DNA from: Erysipelotrichaceae bacterium
GTDB taxonomy: Bacteria; Bacillota_I; Bacilli_A; RFN20; CAG-826
Length of the DNA: 64,000 nucleotides
Reading direction: 5' to 3'
NCBI GenBank assembly: GCA_015058945.1
Contig: SVBF01000011.1
Location: 12,527 to 76,526 of the forward strand
Part shown: positions 45,413-54,159 of the stretch, piece after piece
Numbering within the stretch: the first letter of the stretch is position 1
Layout of the letters: every line of letters starts with the position of its first letter
Notes under the pieces: generated by a model
Databases searched by the model: none
The model's input: the letters and a program-made list of their open reading frames with translations, nothing else
Told to the model about the DNA's origin: nothing
Position numbers and translations under genes: made by a program

Positions 45413-46651
45413 TCAATGCGCGAGGGTGCTCGCGTTTTCTTGCCCTTCCAGCGTTTCGTAGTCGCGCAGGATGTTATGGAGAAAATATGGCGTCTCCCTG
45501 CGCTTTTGTTCGAAGAGTTCCCCGTCGGTGAATAATTTCTCGCTCTCCATGCCGACATAAAGCGCCGAGAGGAGATAAAGGATCAATGTCTTTGAGGATA
45601 ATGGCCCTGAGGTGAGGGCGAAAAGCATCGCTAGGATAAAGGCGGCGGAGAGGAAGAGAAATTCCTTCACGGCGAGGAAAGAGGCGCACTTCTTGTTGCA
45701 CCGCCTTAAGGCGAGGCGCGTCTCTTCGCGCCGCTCGGCGTTCAGGCAGGAATGGAAATAGGTCGCCTCTAGCCCCACCGCTTTCTTTTGGATTTGCTCC
45801 AGATGGGGATAAAAGAGCAGATGGCAGACGAGGCAGACCAAGGCCATGGCGGAGCACGCCGCGGCCAAATAGAGGTCGTGGAGGAAAAAGAAGACGAGGG
45901 CCGCCACGAAAGACCCAAGATGGCTAAGGACGGAGGGAAAGGAAAGGAAGGCGGCCCTCTTATACGCATGGTAATGGACGAAGAGATCTCTCCTGCGCGA
46001 AAGGTTCTCTGCGTCGATCCCATCCATATAACGCGAATCGAAACGCTCCATGTTCAGGGAAAGCAGGCGCTTTTGCCCTAACGAGGCCATCATCGCCCCG
46101 GCGAACAAGGCGAGGGAGAGCATGGGCATGGAGACGACGTCCAGGAGCAAGAACCCCAGGACGAGCAACAAAAAGGGAAGAAGGGCGAAGACCAAGGAAG
46201 GAACAGGGAAATGGGAAAGGAATCGCGGAGGCCTTGGTGGTTCGCCCTTCTTTTCGTATCCCTCCACGCGGAGGAACACGCCGGTAAAGGAGCACGCGAG
46301 TTCCCTCCCCTCGACCCACCGCTTACCTCGGTCTGGGTCGAGAAGAAGAAAACGCTTGCCCCTGCGCTTGGCGAGGTAGGACATGTGCAGCCGTCCTTCC
46401 TCGCGTAGGGTGATGAGCAAAGGGAACTCCGGGCGAAGGACGATCTCTTCCGGATCGAGCGTCTCATAGGCGCGGAGGTGAAGCCCCCATTTCTCGGCAT
46501 AGGAAAGAAGATCGCTTAGGTCGGGCGAGGTTTCGACGTGGGGTTCGGGTAGGAAGGCGAACCTCTTGTCTTTGCTTGCGTCGACGAGGGCCATCTTCAC
46601 GGTCGCGAAGCCGCATCCTTTTTGCTGAGCTTGGTAAACGAGGGTTTTCAC
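45413..46651 (-). CDS. C39-peptidase domain + six-helix ABC-exporter-like membrane domain protein lacking an ATPase domain
   Basis: The N-terminus aligns by eye to ComA-type C39 domains. YQAQQKGCGFATVKMAL carries the oxyanion Gln and the catalytic Cys. RLHMSYL carries the His, and LLLDPDRGKRW matches the DP-D-G box. About six hydrophobic helices follow. The ORF ends 34 nt before ybeY without any Walker motifs. The start is GTG. Confidence 0.7.
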   Translation of the reverse strand: MKTLVYQAQQKGCGFATVKMALVDASKDKRFAFLPEPHVETSPDLSDLLSYAEKWGLHLRAYETLDPEEIVLRPEFPLLITLREEGRLHMSYLAKRRGKRFLLLDPDRGKRWVEGRELACSFTGVFLRVEGYEKKGEPPRPPRFLSHFPVPSLVFALLPFLLLVLGFLLLDVVSMPMLSLALFAGAMMASLGQKRLLSLNMERFDSRYMDGIDAENLSRRRDLFVHYHAYKRAAFLSFPSVLSHLGSFVAALVFFFLHDLYLAAACSAMALVCLVCHLLFYPHLEQIQKKAVGLEATYFHSCLNAERREETRLALRRCNKKCASFLAVKEFLFLSAAFILAMLFALTSGPLSSKTLILYLLSALYVGMESEKLFTDGELFEQKRRETPYFLHNILRDYETLEGQENASTLAH

Positions 46652-46705
46652 ACCTACCTATACCCAGCGAAAAACGGTTTTTGCTCAAAAACTTTTCAAG
46701 AAATT

Positions 46706-46740
46706 CAAAAAACCTCGATGCCATCGAACATCGAGTTTTG
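46706..46740. terminator. Second hairpin downstream of rpsU (bidirectional)
   Basis: CTCGATG-CCATCGAA-CATCGAG is flanked by AAAAAA and TTTT. Confidence 0.55.
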
Positions 46741-46744
46741 CATC

Positions 46745-46777
46745 GACAAAAGAAAACCGCGTCATTTTGGCGCGGTT
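46745..46777 (-). terminator. Rho-independent terminator after rpsU
   Basis: The minus strand reads AACCGCG-CCAAAATGA-CGCGGTT followed by TTCTTTTG. Confidence 0.75.
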
Positions 46778-46784
46778 ACGGCTC

Positions 46785-46961
46785 TTACCATTTCTTGCGA
46801 CGGGCAAGTTTGGATTTCATTTTGCGCTTCAAGCCAGGTTTGAGGTAGGCTTCGCGCTTGCGGGTTTCGAGGAGGATGCCGGACTTGTTCACGCCACGTT
46901 TGAAACGACGGAGCGCGTCATCACAGGTTTCGCCTTCGCGGACGACGACTTTGACTGCCAT
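46785..46961 (-). CDS. rpsU: 30S ribosomal protein S21
   Basis: Not in the ORF track on this strand. My translation is [68 protein letters not shown] lies upstream. Confidence 0.92.
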   Translation of the reverse strand: MAVKVVVREGETCDDALRRFKRGVNKSGILLETRKREAYLKPGLKRKMKSKLARRKKW

Positions 46962-47063
46962 TAGAGTTCACCTCCTCCCTTTCGGACAAGGCAAAAGATA
47001 CTCTTTTTTGGGGTGATGCGCAACGATTTTCTAATAGAAGGATAACTCGGACTATATACCCGC

Positions 47064-47097
47064 ATAAAAGAAAGGCCTAGGCGCGGTTACCTAGGCC
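47064..47097 (-). terminator. Rho-independent terminator after the S41-like lipoprotein gene
   Basis: The minus strand reads GGCCTAGG-TAACCGCG-CCTAGGCC followed by TTTCTTTTAT. Confidence 0.8.
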
Positions 47098-47116
47098 AAA
47101 TGACTGATGATGTCGG

Positions 47117-49321
47117 TTATTTGAGGGTTTGGATGAACTCGTGGACCTTGACCGGGTTATACCAGTCGGCGCTCGGCTCCCATTCCTTGTCCAGGGGGAC
47201 GCCGTCGTCGTTGTTGATCCATTTGTCGCCCTCATAGCGCTGCATCTCGTAGATGGAGGAGAGGTTATAGATCGAGCCACAGGCGTCGCTATAGGTCGCG
47301 ACGGAGGAGGAGCCGCCACCGCTGCGCTTGCCGATGATCTTGGCGCCGGAATGCTTAGCAAGGGCCGGCAAGGCGTTGCCGCAGGAGAAGGAACATTCGC
47401 TAGTGAGGACATAGAAGTTGTATTTGCCTTTGAAGGTGTCGCCCACGTCGCCGTATTTGCCGTCGTTATTGAGGTCGACTTTGTAATGGAACTCCTTCAC
47501 GATGTCCTTGGTGTCGTCGTTGACGACATACATCGGGTCGTCACTCATGTAGGCCATGATCCACGGCATGGTCATGATCATGCCACCGCCGTTGTTGGTG
47601 AGGTCGATGACGACGTCCTTGACCTCCGGCTTGGCCTCGAGCTTCTTGAAGGAGACCATGAAGGTCATCATGGTGTCGCTATTGGCGTAGGAGAACGGCT
47701 CGGAGGTGAACTCGAGCGGCTGCCCCACTTCACCGATGCGGGCGAGGTAGTTGGTCTTGCCCGGGTAGGTGAACTGGTCGAAGCGGATGATCGCGGTGGA
47801 CTCGTGGGTGAAGAGGCCTTTCTGCAGCGGCTTACCCGCATAGATATCGAAGTATTTGTTGGTTTCTTCCGGGGTTCCAAGCGACTTGAAATATTCGTCG
47901 CGGAGTCCGTCGTAACGCCTGAGGTCCTCGAGGAGCTTGCGATAACGCGGACCCATGGTTTCGCGGGCCAAGTCGATGGCGTTATGGTCGATGCCCGAGA
48001 AGATGGAGGTGCCGTTATATAAGGTGTGTCCGTCATCGCAGCCGGCCATGAGGAGTTTGGCGAGGGCGCGATCGTATTCGAGACTGTTGGCGGATTTTAA
48101 TCCGGCAGTGACGCCGAGGGTGTCGAAATACTTTTCGGCGTCGCCGATCTTCTTGACGTTGCGTAGGCCATAGTCCCGGTCGATCTGATAACGGAGCAGG
48201 CCATAGTTGAAGTCGATGATCGCACTAGGCCTGGTTTTGGCGTTGAACCAGCCTTTGCCGAGGTTGATGCGGAAAACGGCGTCGGACTTGCGCTGGGGCC
48301 CCATCTCGTCGTTTTGGATGATATAGCGGACGACGTCGAGGGCCTCGGGCGCCTTCTTCCATTCATAGGCGATGGAATAGCCCATGGGTCCGGGCATGAC
48401 GTCGTCGACCTCATCCTCGGGGTTTCCGGACATGGAGAAGGTGCGGATGCCGGTGCCGTCCTCAAAGAGGGTCATGAAGACATAGCCCTGACTTCTGGCT
48501 TGCGGGTTTGGATCGAGGTTCACGCCAACACAGACGAAACGATAGGCTTCTTTCTTACCATCGGGGCGCGAGGCGCGGACTTTGACCTTTTTATAGATCG
48601 TTTGTTTGCTGTCGATGCCGTCGTTGAGGGTGAAGGAGCCGTCGGCGCTAAGGAATGAGGCCATGTTGCCGGGGCTTGCGTTGATGGTGTTGGTCATGTA
48701 GTAGTCGCGCCCGTTATAGGCGAAGTCGGTGCCGATGCCGCGGGTCACGACGTTGAGGAATAACGGCGAAGGCATGTAAAGCTCGTTGTCTTTTTCAAAG
48801 AGGGTGATGCCATAGTCGCTCAGTTTGACCACGTCGGCTTTGGCTTCGCCGATGATGCGGGTCTTTTCGGAGGTATGCACGAGCGATTCGACGCGGTCGA
48901 CGGGCGCGCCGTAATCGGGGCCGATGCCACGGTTGTCGATGAGGCTCGCGCCAAAGGCGATATAGGTTTCGCCAAAAGTGAGGGTGTTGCTCGCGACGTC
49001 GGCTTTGAAGACAAAGCGGGTGGCGTTGGAGGTATCCGCCAAGGTATAGATGCCCTTGTCGTCGCGGGTAAGGGCGAGTTTGCCCATGCCGGCGTTAGCG
49101 AGGGTCGTCGCGCTTTCGCTCACTTTGGCGTAAGGGAGTTCTGGCAAGGTGGATAGACCATAGGTCGGCATTTTGAAATGACCGGCATCTTCCCAGGTCA
49201 TGACGAGTTCGGAATCCGCGTTGATGACCTTGAGTTCGGGCTTTTGCTCACCACAGCCGGTCAGGGCGCCCATGCCGAGCAACACGGTCGGCATCAAGAC
49301 GAGTAATTTGTTGGCTTTCAC
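47117..49321 (-). CDS. Large surface lipoprotein with C-terminal S41 (tail-specific protease)-like domain
   Basis: GTG start lies 4 nt after AAGGAGA. The signal peptide MKANKLLVLMPTVLLGMGALTGC has a lipobox LTGC. The C-terminal region has VVIDLTNNGGG and FYVLTSECSFSCGNALPALAKHSGAKIIGKRSGGG, resembling the S41 DLRxNxGG and SASA..GxxTxGKG boxes. Confidence 0.65.
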   Translation of the reverse strand: MKANKLLVLMPTVLLGMGALTGCGEQKPELKVINADSELVMTWEDAGHFKMPTYGLSTLPELPYAKVSESATTLANAGMGKLALTRDDKGIYTLADTSNATRFVFKADVASNTLTFGETYIAFGASLIDNRGIGPDYGAPVDRVESLVHTSEKTRIIGEAKADVVKLSDYGITLFEKDNELYMPSPLFLNVVTRGIGTDFAYNGRDYYMTNTINASPGNMASFLSADGSFTLNDGIDSKQTIYKKVKVRASRPDGKKEAYRFVCVGVNLDPNPQARSQGYVFMTLFEDGTGIRTFSMSGNPEDEVDDVMPGPMGYSIAYEWKKAPEALDVVRYIIQNDEMGPQRKSDAVFRINLGKGWFNAKTRPSAIIDFNYGLLRYQIDRDYGLRNVKKIGDAEKYFDTLGVTAGLKSANSLEYDRALAKLLMAGCDDGHTLYNGTSIFSGIDHNAIDLARETMGPRYRKLLEDLRRYDGLRDEYFKSLGTPEETNKYFDIYAGKPLQKGLFTHESTAIIRFDQFTYPGKTNYLARIGEVGQPLEFTSEPFSYANSDTMMTFMVSFKKLEAKPEVKDVVIDLTNNGGGMIMTMPWIMAYMSDDPMYVVNDDTKDIVKEFHYKVDLNNDGKYGDVGDTFKGKYNFYVLTSECSFSCGNALPALAKHSGAKIIGKRSGGGSSSVATYSDACGSIYNLSSIYEMQRYEGDKWINNDDGVPLDKEWEPSADWYNPVKVHEFIQTLK

Positions 49322-49346
49322 GTGTTTCTCCTTTTATAAGCAAAGC

Positions 49347-49991
49347 TTATTTTTCTTCCATGATGGCGACGGAAGCGCTGGCTCCGATGCGGGAGGCGCC
49401 GGCTTCGATCATCGCGAGGGCTTCGGCTTTGTTATGGATACCGCCGCTAGCCTTGACGCCAAGGCGATCGCCGACGGTCTTACGCATCAAGGCGACGTGA
49501 TGCGGGGTGGCGCCGCCTTTGCTAAATCCGGTCGAGGTCTTCACATAATCGGCTCCGGCCCGTTCTGCGGCCTTGCAGGATTCGACGACTTCCTCATCGG
49601 TGAGCAGGCAGGTTTCGAGGATGACTTTGAGCAAGATGTCCCCCACCGCTTCCTTGATGAGACGGATCTCGTTTTCGACGTAGGCATAGTCGCCGTCCTT
49701 CACTTTGGAGACGTTGAGGACCATGTCGACCTCGGTCGCGCCGTCTAAGACCGCGCGTTTGGCTTCGAGCGCCTTGATCTCAGGAACGTTCGCGCCTAAA
49801 GGGAAGCCGATGACGGTGCAGACGTTGACGTCGGTGCCCTTAAGGGCCTCGGAGCAATGCTTGACAAAGTCAGGGTTCACGCAGACGGAGGCGAAATGGT
49901 AACGCTTCGCCTCGTCGACGAGTTTGTCGATGCCCGCCAAGGTGGCGTCGGGCTTGAGTAAGGTGTGGTCGAAATACTTGTTTAGTTCCAT
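49347..49991 (-). CDS. deoC: Deoxyribose-phosphate aldolase
   Basis: [19 protein letters not shown] and YVKTSTGF (Schiff-base Lys region). Confidence 0.93.
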   Translation of the reverse strand: MELNKYFDHTLLKPDATLAGIDKLVDEAKRYHFASVCVNPDFVKHCSEALKGTDVNVCTVIGFPLGANVPEIKALEAKRAVLDGATEVDMVLNVSKVKDGDYAYVENEIRLIKEAVGDILLKVILETCLLTDEEVVESCKAAERAGADYVKTSTGFSKGGATPHHVALMRKTVGDRLGVKASGGIHNKAEALAMIEAGASRIGASASVAIMEEK

Positions 49992-50035
49992 ATGTGTAAC
50001 CTCGTGGCTTTATTATGCGCTTACGCGGGTGCTAG

Positions 50036-50063
50036 ATAAAGAAAAACCGCGGAGGGCCGCGGT
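50036..50063 (-). terminator. Rho-independent terminator after rpmF
   Basis: The minus strand reads ACCGCGG-CCCT-CCGCGGT followed by TTTTTCTTT. Confidence 0.85.
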
Positions 50064-50078
50064 ATTCTTAGACGTGGA

Positions 50079-50267
50079 TTACTTCTCGTCCTTCTCGACG
50101 TGAAGGACTTCCTTGCCGCCATAATAGCCACACTTGGGGCAAACGCGGTGCGAACGGATCATCGCGCCGCAATGGGGGCAAGCGACGAGGCCGGTCACTT
50201 CGAGCTTGAAGTGGCTGCGGCGAAGTCTCTTACGGGTCTTGGAAATGCGTCTCTGGGGTACTGCCAT
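50079..50267 (-). CDS. rpmF: 50S ribosomal protein L32
   Basis: [19 protein letters not shown] with CPHCG..CPKCG. AGGAGG lies upstream. Confidence 0.95.
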   Translation of the reverse strand: MAVPQRRISKTRKRLRRSHFKLEVTGLVACPHCGAMIRSHRVCPKCGYYGGKEVLHVEKDEK

Positions 50268-50360
50268 TTGTCGTTCCTCCTACTTGCAACGGGGGAATTA
50301 AACGCGCTTTGGCCCGAGCCGTCAACGAATATTTTTAGAAGATGTCAAAAAAATTCCGAA

Positions 50361-51653
50361 TTAATCCGATGCCACCGAAGAATCGTAGGTAACGAATCCA
50401 AAGGTGCCCCGCTGCGATTCCTCACCCTTAACGCGTACGAGCAAGTAATTGGGCGTGTGCCCTTGGATCGTATGACTCTTGGGGTCATATTCCTCAAAGA
50501 GGACCTCGAGCTCCCGTCCATAGAACTTCTCCTCGTATTCTTTGCGGAGCTTCTTCGACAAGGCGAGGAGCCGATGCACGCGTTCTTTTTTGACATCGCC
50601 GGGCAAATCCTTGAGCGTCGCGGCGTAAGTGTTGGGACGGGCGGAGAAGGGAAAGACGTGGATTTCCGCAAAGCGGGCCTTCTCGCAGAACGCCAAAGTG
50701 TTTTGGAACTCCTCTTCGGTCTCCGTGGGAAAGCCAACGATCACGTCGGTGGTGATCGCGATTTCCGGACGGATTTCCCGCACCTGGTCTAACTTGGCGA
50801 GGAAAGCCTCCGTGTCGTAACGTCGGCGCATGTCCTTAAGGACTTTGTCGCTGCCCGACTGCAATGGCATATGCAGATGGTCGACGATGACTTTCTGAGT
50901 TCGAAGCAAATCCAAAAAAGCCCCGTCCACTTCATTTTCTTCTAAAGAAGAGATGCGGATTCTCTTTAAGGATGGGCATTTGGCGATGATGCCGGAAAGA
51001 AGGTCGCTTAGGGTATATTCGCCCGGCAAATCCTTTCCATACATCCCCGTATGGATGCCCGTGATGACGATTTCATGGTATCCGCGCTCCACCAAGGATT
51101 TCGCTTCCTCGATGACCGCCCGCGGCTCACGGGAGCGGGAGTTGCCGCGTAGCGTGGGGATATAGCAATAGGAACAGAAGGCGTCGCAGCCATCCTGTAC
51201 CTTAAGGTACGCCCTCGCGTTTTCGCAATAGGCCGACTCCTCAAGTTCCTCATAGCCTTCCTTGCGGACGCTCGGTTTCACATCCACGATCGGAGTATGG
51301 TTTTCTAGGAAAGCCTCGATATAGGAAATGGCCTTGGACCGGTTCGCGGTCCCAAGGACGATATCCGCCCCCGCTTTCGAACAGTCCGCGGCATAGGCTT
51401 GGCTATAGCAACCCATGACGAGCAAAACCGCGTCCCCATTCCTTTTCCTTAACGAGGAGACGTGCTGTCTGGACTTTTGTCCGGCACGGGAGGTAACGGA
51501 GCATGTATTGACGATGATGATATCAGCGTTTTCCGCGATATCCGCCTCACGATACCTCTTTGCTTTAAGGGCTGAGACCAAAGCGGACGTCTCGTAGGCG
51601 TTCACCTTGCATCCCAAAGTGCATGCATAAAGGGTCAAAGGGGTGGAATTCAT
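50361..51653 (-). CDS. mtaB: tRNA (N6-threonylcarbamoyladenosine37) methylthiotransferase MtaB (YqeV)
   Basis: UPF0004 N-domain TLGCKVNAYE..NTCSVT, the radical-SAM motif CDAFCSYCYIP and a TRAM C-terminus. It neighbours rsmE, as in Bacillus. Confidence 0.88.
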   Translation of the reverse strand: MNSTPLTLYACTLGCKVNAYETSALVSALKAKRYREADIAENADIIIVNTCSVTSRAGQKSRQHVSSLRKRNGDAVLLVMGCYSQAYAADCSKAGADIVLGTANRSKAISYIEAFLENHTPIVDVKPSVRKEGYEELEESAYCENARAYLKVQDGCDAFCSYCYIPTLRGNSRSREPRAVIEEAKSLVERGYHEIVITGIHTGMYGKDLPGEYTLSDLLSGIIAKCPSLKRIRISSLEENEVDGAFLDLLRTQKVIVDHLHMPLQSGSDKVLKDMRRRYDTEAFLAKLDQVREIRPEIAITTDVIVGFPTETEEEFQNTLAFCEKARFAEIHVFPFSARPNTYAATLKDLPGDVKKERVHRLLALSKKLRKEYEEKFYGRELEVLFEEYDPKSHTIQGHTPNYLLVRVKGEESQRGTFGFVTYDSSVASD

Positions 51654-52462
51654 ACCTCGTAATGGCGGTCCACTTTGGAATAATGTTTCTTCTCGTCGGT
51701 GGAAATCTTATAGATTAATCTACTAGAAATTAACTGATTTTGTACTAGGGTATGCATGAGTCCCTCACGGTCGTCCCGGAAGTATGCGTCGACCACGGGA
51801 ACGATGCGTTCCATCATATGGTTGGTGTTCCTTTTTCCGATATAACGGTCGAACAAGGAGATTTTCACGTCTAGCCTCCCCTGCTCGTTCACAAAATAAA
51901 TTGACAGGGAATCGTAATCGAATAAGGCCGCCACTCCTTTATGCTTTCGGACCAAAATCAGATTGGTGAAATAGGAGTCGAAAAGCGCGCTGCCATAGGT
52001 GTCAAAGGGATCGACCGCCATGACGTCGAAACCGTTCCCGAGCAAGAATTTGAATTGCTTATCCTCAAGGCGAAGGATCTCTTTGTCATAGATATGATTA
52101 AAGCTGCGCGGCAAGATGGGGACATAGATTCTGTCCTCGCCAAGAGCGAGATAAGGTAAGCCCTTCTTGGCTTCTTCCACCGCTAAGACGATCGCCTTCT
52201 TATCCTCTTCGGTCAAACCGTCCGCATGATGATGCTGATGATAGGCCTCCTTATAGGCCTCATCGATGGTTTTCTTGTTTTCCAACGCGCGGATGACGAT
52301 ATTCGCGCGGATGATGTCAAAAGGCTTTTGGGCGCGGCTTAAGGCCTTCCAGGAACTGCGGTTGGTCAAAATCCGGCCACGGGCCAAAAAGAAACGGTTC
52401 TCCGCGCCGGCGTTGAAGAAAGTGAACTTCTGTTTTCTCTCTAACGTGGCGAAAAGATCCAT
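51650..52462 (-). CDS. Hypothetical protein (270 aa), operonic with rsmE and mtaB
   Basis: The long ORF is tightly packed: a 1-nt gap after rsmE and a 4-nt overlap between its stop and the mtaB start. I recognise no family motif. Confidence 0.6.
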   Translation of the reverse strand: MDLFATLERKQKFTFFNAGAENRFFLARGRILTNRSSWKALSRAQKPFDIIRANIVIRALENKKTIDEAYKEAYHQHHHADGLTEEDKKAIVLAVEEAKKGLPYLALGEDRIYVPILPRSFNHIYDKEILRLEDKQFKFLLGNGFDVMAVDPFDTYGSALFDSYFTNLILVRKHKGVAALFDYDSLSIYFVNEQGRLDVKISLFDRYIGKRNTNHMMERIVPVVDAYFRDDREGLMHTLVQNQLISSRLIYKISTDEKKHYSKVDRHYEV

Positions 52463-52463
52463 G

Positions 52464-53174
52464 TTAGTTCACCTCCGAATATGCGCCAAGTATCGTCGCG
52501 CAATATAAGGCGGCCGTTTCGGCGCGCAATATCCTTCGTCCGAGGCCTACGAAGGTGAAATCGTAATCGAGGGCTAAACGGGCCTCTTCGTGGCTAAAAC
52601 CGCCTTCAGGCCCAACGAGGACGAGCACGCGGGAACGTTTCTCGACGTCTTTGGCGACGCTAATGAGGTCTTCGCCGCCTGCCATCGATTCGTAGGCGAA
52701 GAAGCGATAATCGTATGGGAGGGCCAAAACGTCCTCTAGTTTCATGTAATCGGTGACTTCCGGGACAATATCCCTACGGCACTGGTTCGCGCCTTCCTCG
52801 GCCTTTTTACGAAGGCGTAGGAGCCTTTTGTCGTTGCTCTCGGGGATCACGACGGTGCGCGAGGACGTGAACGGGATGAATTTGCCGACGCCAAGTTCGG
52901 TGCCTTTGAGGACGATCAAATCGTTATGGTCGCCCTTAAGGACGCCAAAAGCGATGGTCAAATCGATGTCGAGCTCGCGCTTTTGCTCCACTTTGGACAA
53001 AACGACGATGCTTAAGGGATTGAGGGACTCGACCTGGCATAGATACGCTTCCGTGCCATCGCTCACCTCAATCTTCTCTCCGATGCGCGTACGACGGACG
53101 TCGACGAGATGATGGAGCTGTTTGCCGTCGATGATCGCGTGGGAATCCGCTATGGTGCCGAAATAGTGTTGCAT
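52464..53174 (-). CDS. rsmE: 16S rRNA (uracil1498-N3)-methyltransferase RsmE
   Basis: The N-terminal PUA-like region (HHLVDVRRTRIGEKIEV) is followed by a SPOUT C-terminus (LVGPEGGFSHEE..LGRRILRAETA). Confidence 0.9.
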   Translation of the reverse strand: MQHYFGTIADSHAIIDGKQLHHLVDVRRTRIGEKIEVSDGTEAYLCQVESLNPLSIVVLSKVEQKRELDIDLTIAFGVLKGDHNDLIVLKGTELGVGKFIPFTSSRTVVIPESNDKRLLRLRKKAEEGANQCRRDIVPEVTDYMKLEDVLALPYDYRFFAYESMAGGEDLISVAKDVEKRSRVLVLVGPEGGFSHEEARLALDYDFTFVGLGRRILRAETAALYCATILGAYSEVN

Positions 53175-53608
53175 TAGCGAAGGAAGTCTCCTTTACCGTC
53201 TTTGGGCGATTCGATCTTCAGGTAATAGACGCCTAAGGCGATATGGGCCGCCCAGACGACGAAGAACGGGATGAGGAAGGCCATCGCGTTAGGCAACGCG
53301 CCGCCGAAGAATAGGCCAAAGCCGACGCCTAAGACCAGCACGAGGGTGATCAAAAGGTCGATGACGCCGCGTTTTGGGCGATAGATATAGAAATTATGGA
53401 CCCCGAAATAGCCGAGAGTCATCGCTAAGATCGCGAAGGTCCGCTGGCTCTTGGTCTTGGGCATCTCCTTGCCTTCGAGCGTGCCGAAAGTACGGGTGAC
53501 GTCGAGCGTCTTATACCCGGACGAAATCGGATTCTTCTCCCCGCAATAAGGGCAGATGTCGGTATCGAATTTCGAGATCTGTTGATGGCAGCTACGGCAG
53601 TACGGCAT
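53174..53608 (-). CDS. Zinc-ribbon + TM2-domain membrane protein
   Basis: The N-terminus has MPYCRSCHQ..CPYCG. The TM2 signature is LGYFGVHNFYIYRPKRG, followed by further helices. The tracked start 53641 is a TTG, so the start is uncertain. Confidence 0.65.
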   Translation of the reverse strand: MPYCRSCHQQISKFDTDICPYCGEKNPISSGYKTLDVTRTFGTLEGKEMPKTKSQRTFAILAMTLGYFGVHNFYIYRPKRGVIDLLITLVLVLGVGFGLFFGGALPNAMAFLIPFFVVWAAHIALGVYYLKIESPKDGKGDFLR

Positions 53609-53739
53609 AAGTTCTAAATAAGTATAGCCTCCCACCGCCAATCTTGAACTCAGGTAAACGCTTTCTTTTTGTTAAACGTTTCGTGGCTTTGCTTTGTGCG
53701 ACATCCTGCTATTTCGGCTCACGACGGGCCGAATCTTGG

Positions 53740-54003
53740 TTATTGCTTGTCGATCACGGGTCTACTGGTTCTGATATCTATGTCGGACTGGAGGCTAAGA
53801 AAGAATCTATCGCTGACGCCGAAATAACGTCCAAGTCGAATCGAAGTGTCCGCCGTGATTTTGCGACGATCGTGAAGAATGTCCTGAATCCGGGAAACGG
53901 GAACGTCGATATCCTTGGCGAGGCGATACGCCGAAACACCGAGAGGTTCCATGAATTCCTCTTTCAGGATCTCACTCATTTTTGGTGTTTCGATTTGGGC
54001 CAT
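53740..54003 (-). CDS. higA: HigA-family antitoxin / XRE-type HTH protein
   Basis: MSEILKEEFMEPLGVSAYRLAKDIDVPVSRIQDILHDRRKITADTSIRLGRYFGVSDRFFLSLQSDIDI closely matches the HigA/VapI consensus (PGEiLkeEFLeP.g.s...LA..lgV...ri..i..g.r.iTadtAlrL...fG.s..fWl.LQ..yDl). Confidence 0.8.
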   Translation of the reverse strand: MAQIETPKMSEILKEEFMEPLGVSAYRLAKDIDVPVSRIQDILHDRRKITADTSIRLGRYFGVSDRFFLSLQSDIDIRTSRPVIDKQ

Positions 54004-54132
54004 AGGTTTTCTCCATTTATCATAGCCGACGATCTCGGCGTTTTCCTTATGCCCATTTCACATGTACATGCGGTACGGGTATGTCCTTGGTATCGCAAAA
54101 ATAGTACTTGGGCTTTGCTTTTGTCGTCCGTA

Positions 54133-54159
54133 AATGAAAAGCCCGGGTTTCCCCAGGCT
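54133..54159 (-). terminator. Rho-independent terminator after the deaminase gene (end of dnaK operon)
   Basis: The minus strand reads AGCCTGGG-GAAA-CCCGGGCT (with one G-U pair) followed by TTTTCATTT. Confidence 0.75.

Noticed and set aside
46767-46964. Tracked 65-aa plus-strand ORF.
   Set aside because: It is the antisense shadow of rpsU. The minus strand encodes a textbook S21 sequence with a strong Shine-Dalgarno sequence.
54004-54111. Calling a higB pseudogene upstream of higA.
   Set aside because: The similarity is limited to about 11 residues (ENAEIVGYDKW against the HigB C-terminus) and is interrupted by stops. That is too weak to annotate as a feature, so it is mentioned only within the orphan-HigA finding.
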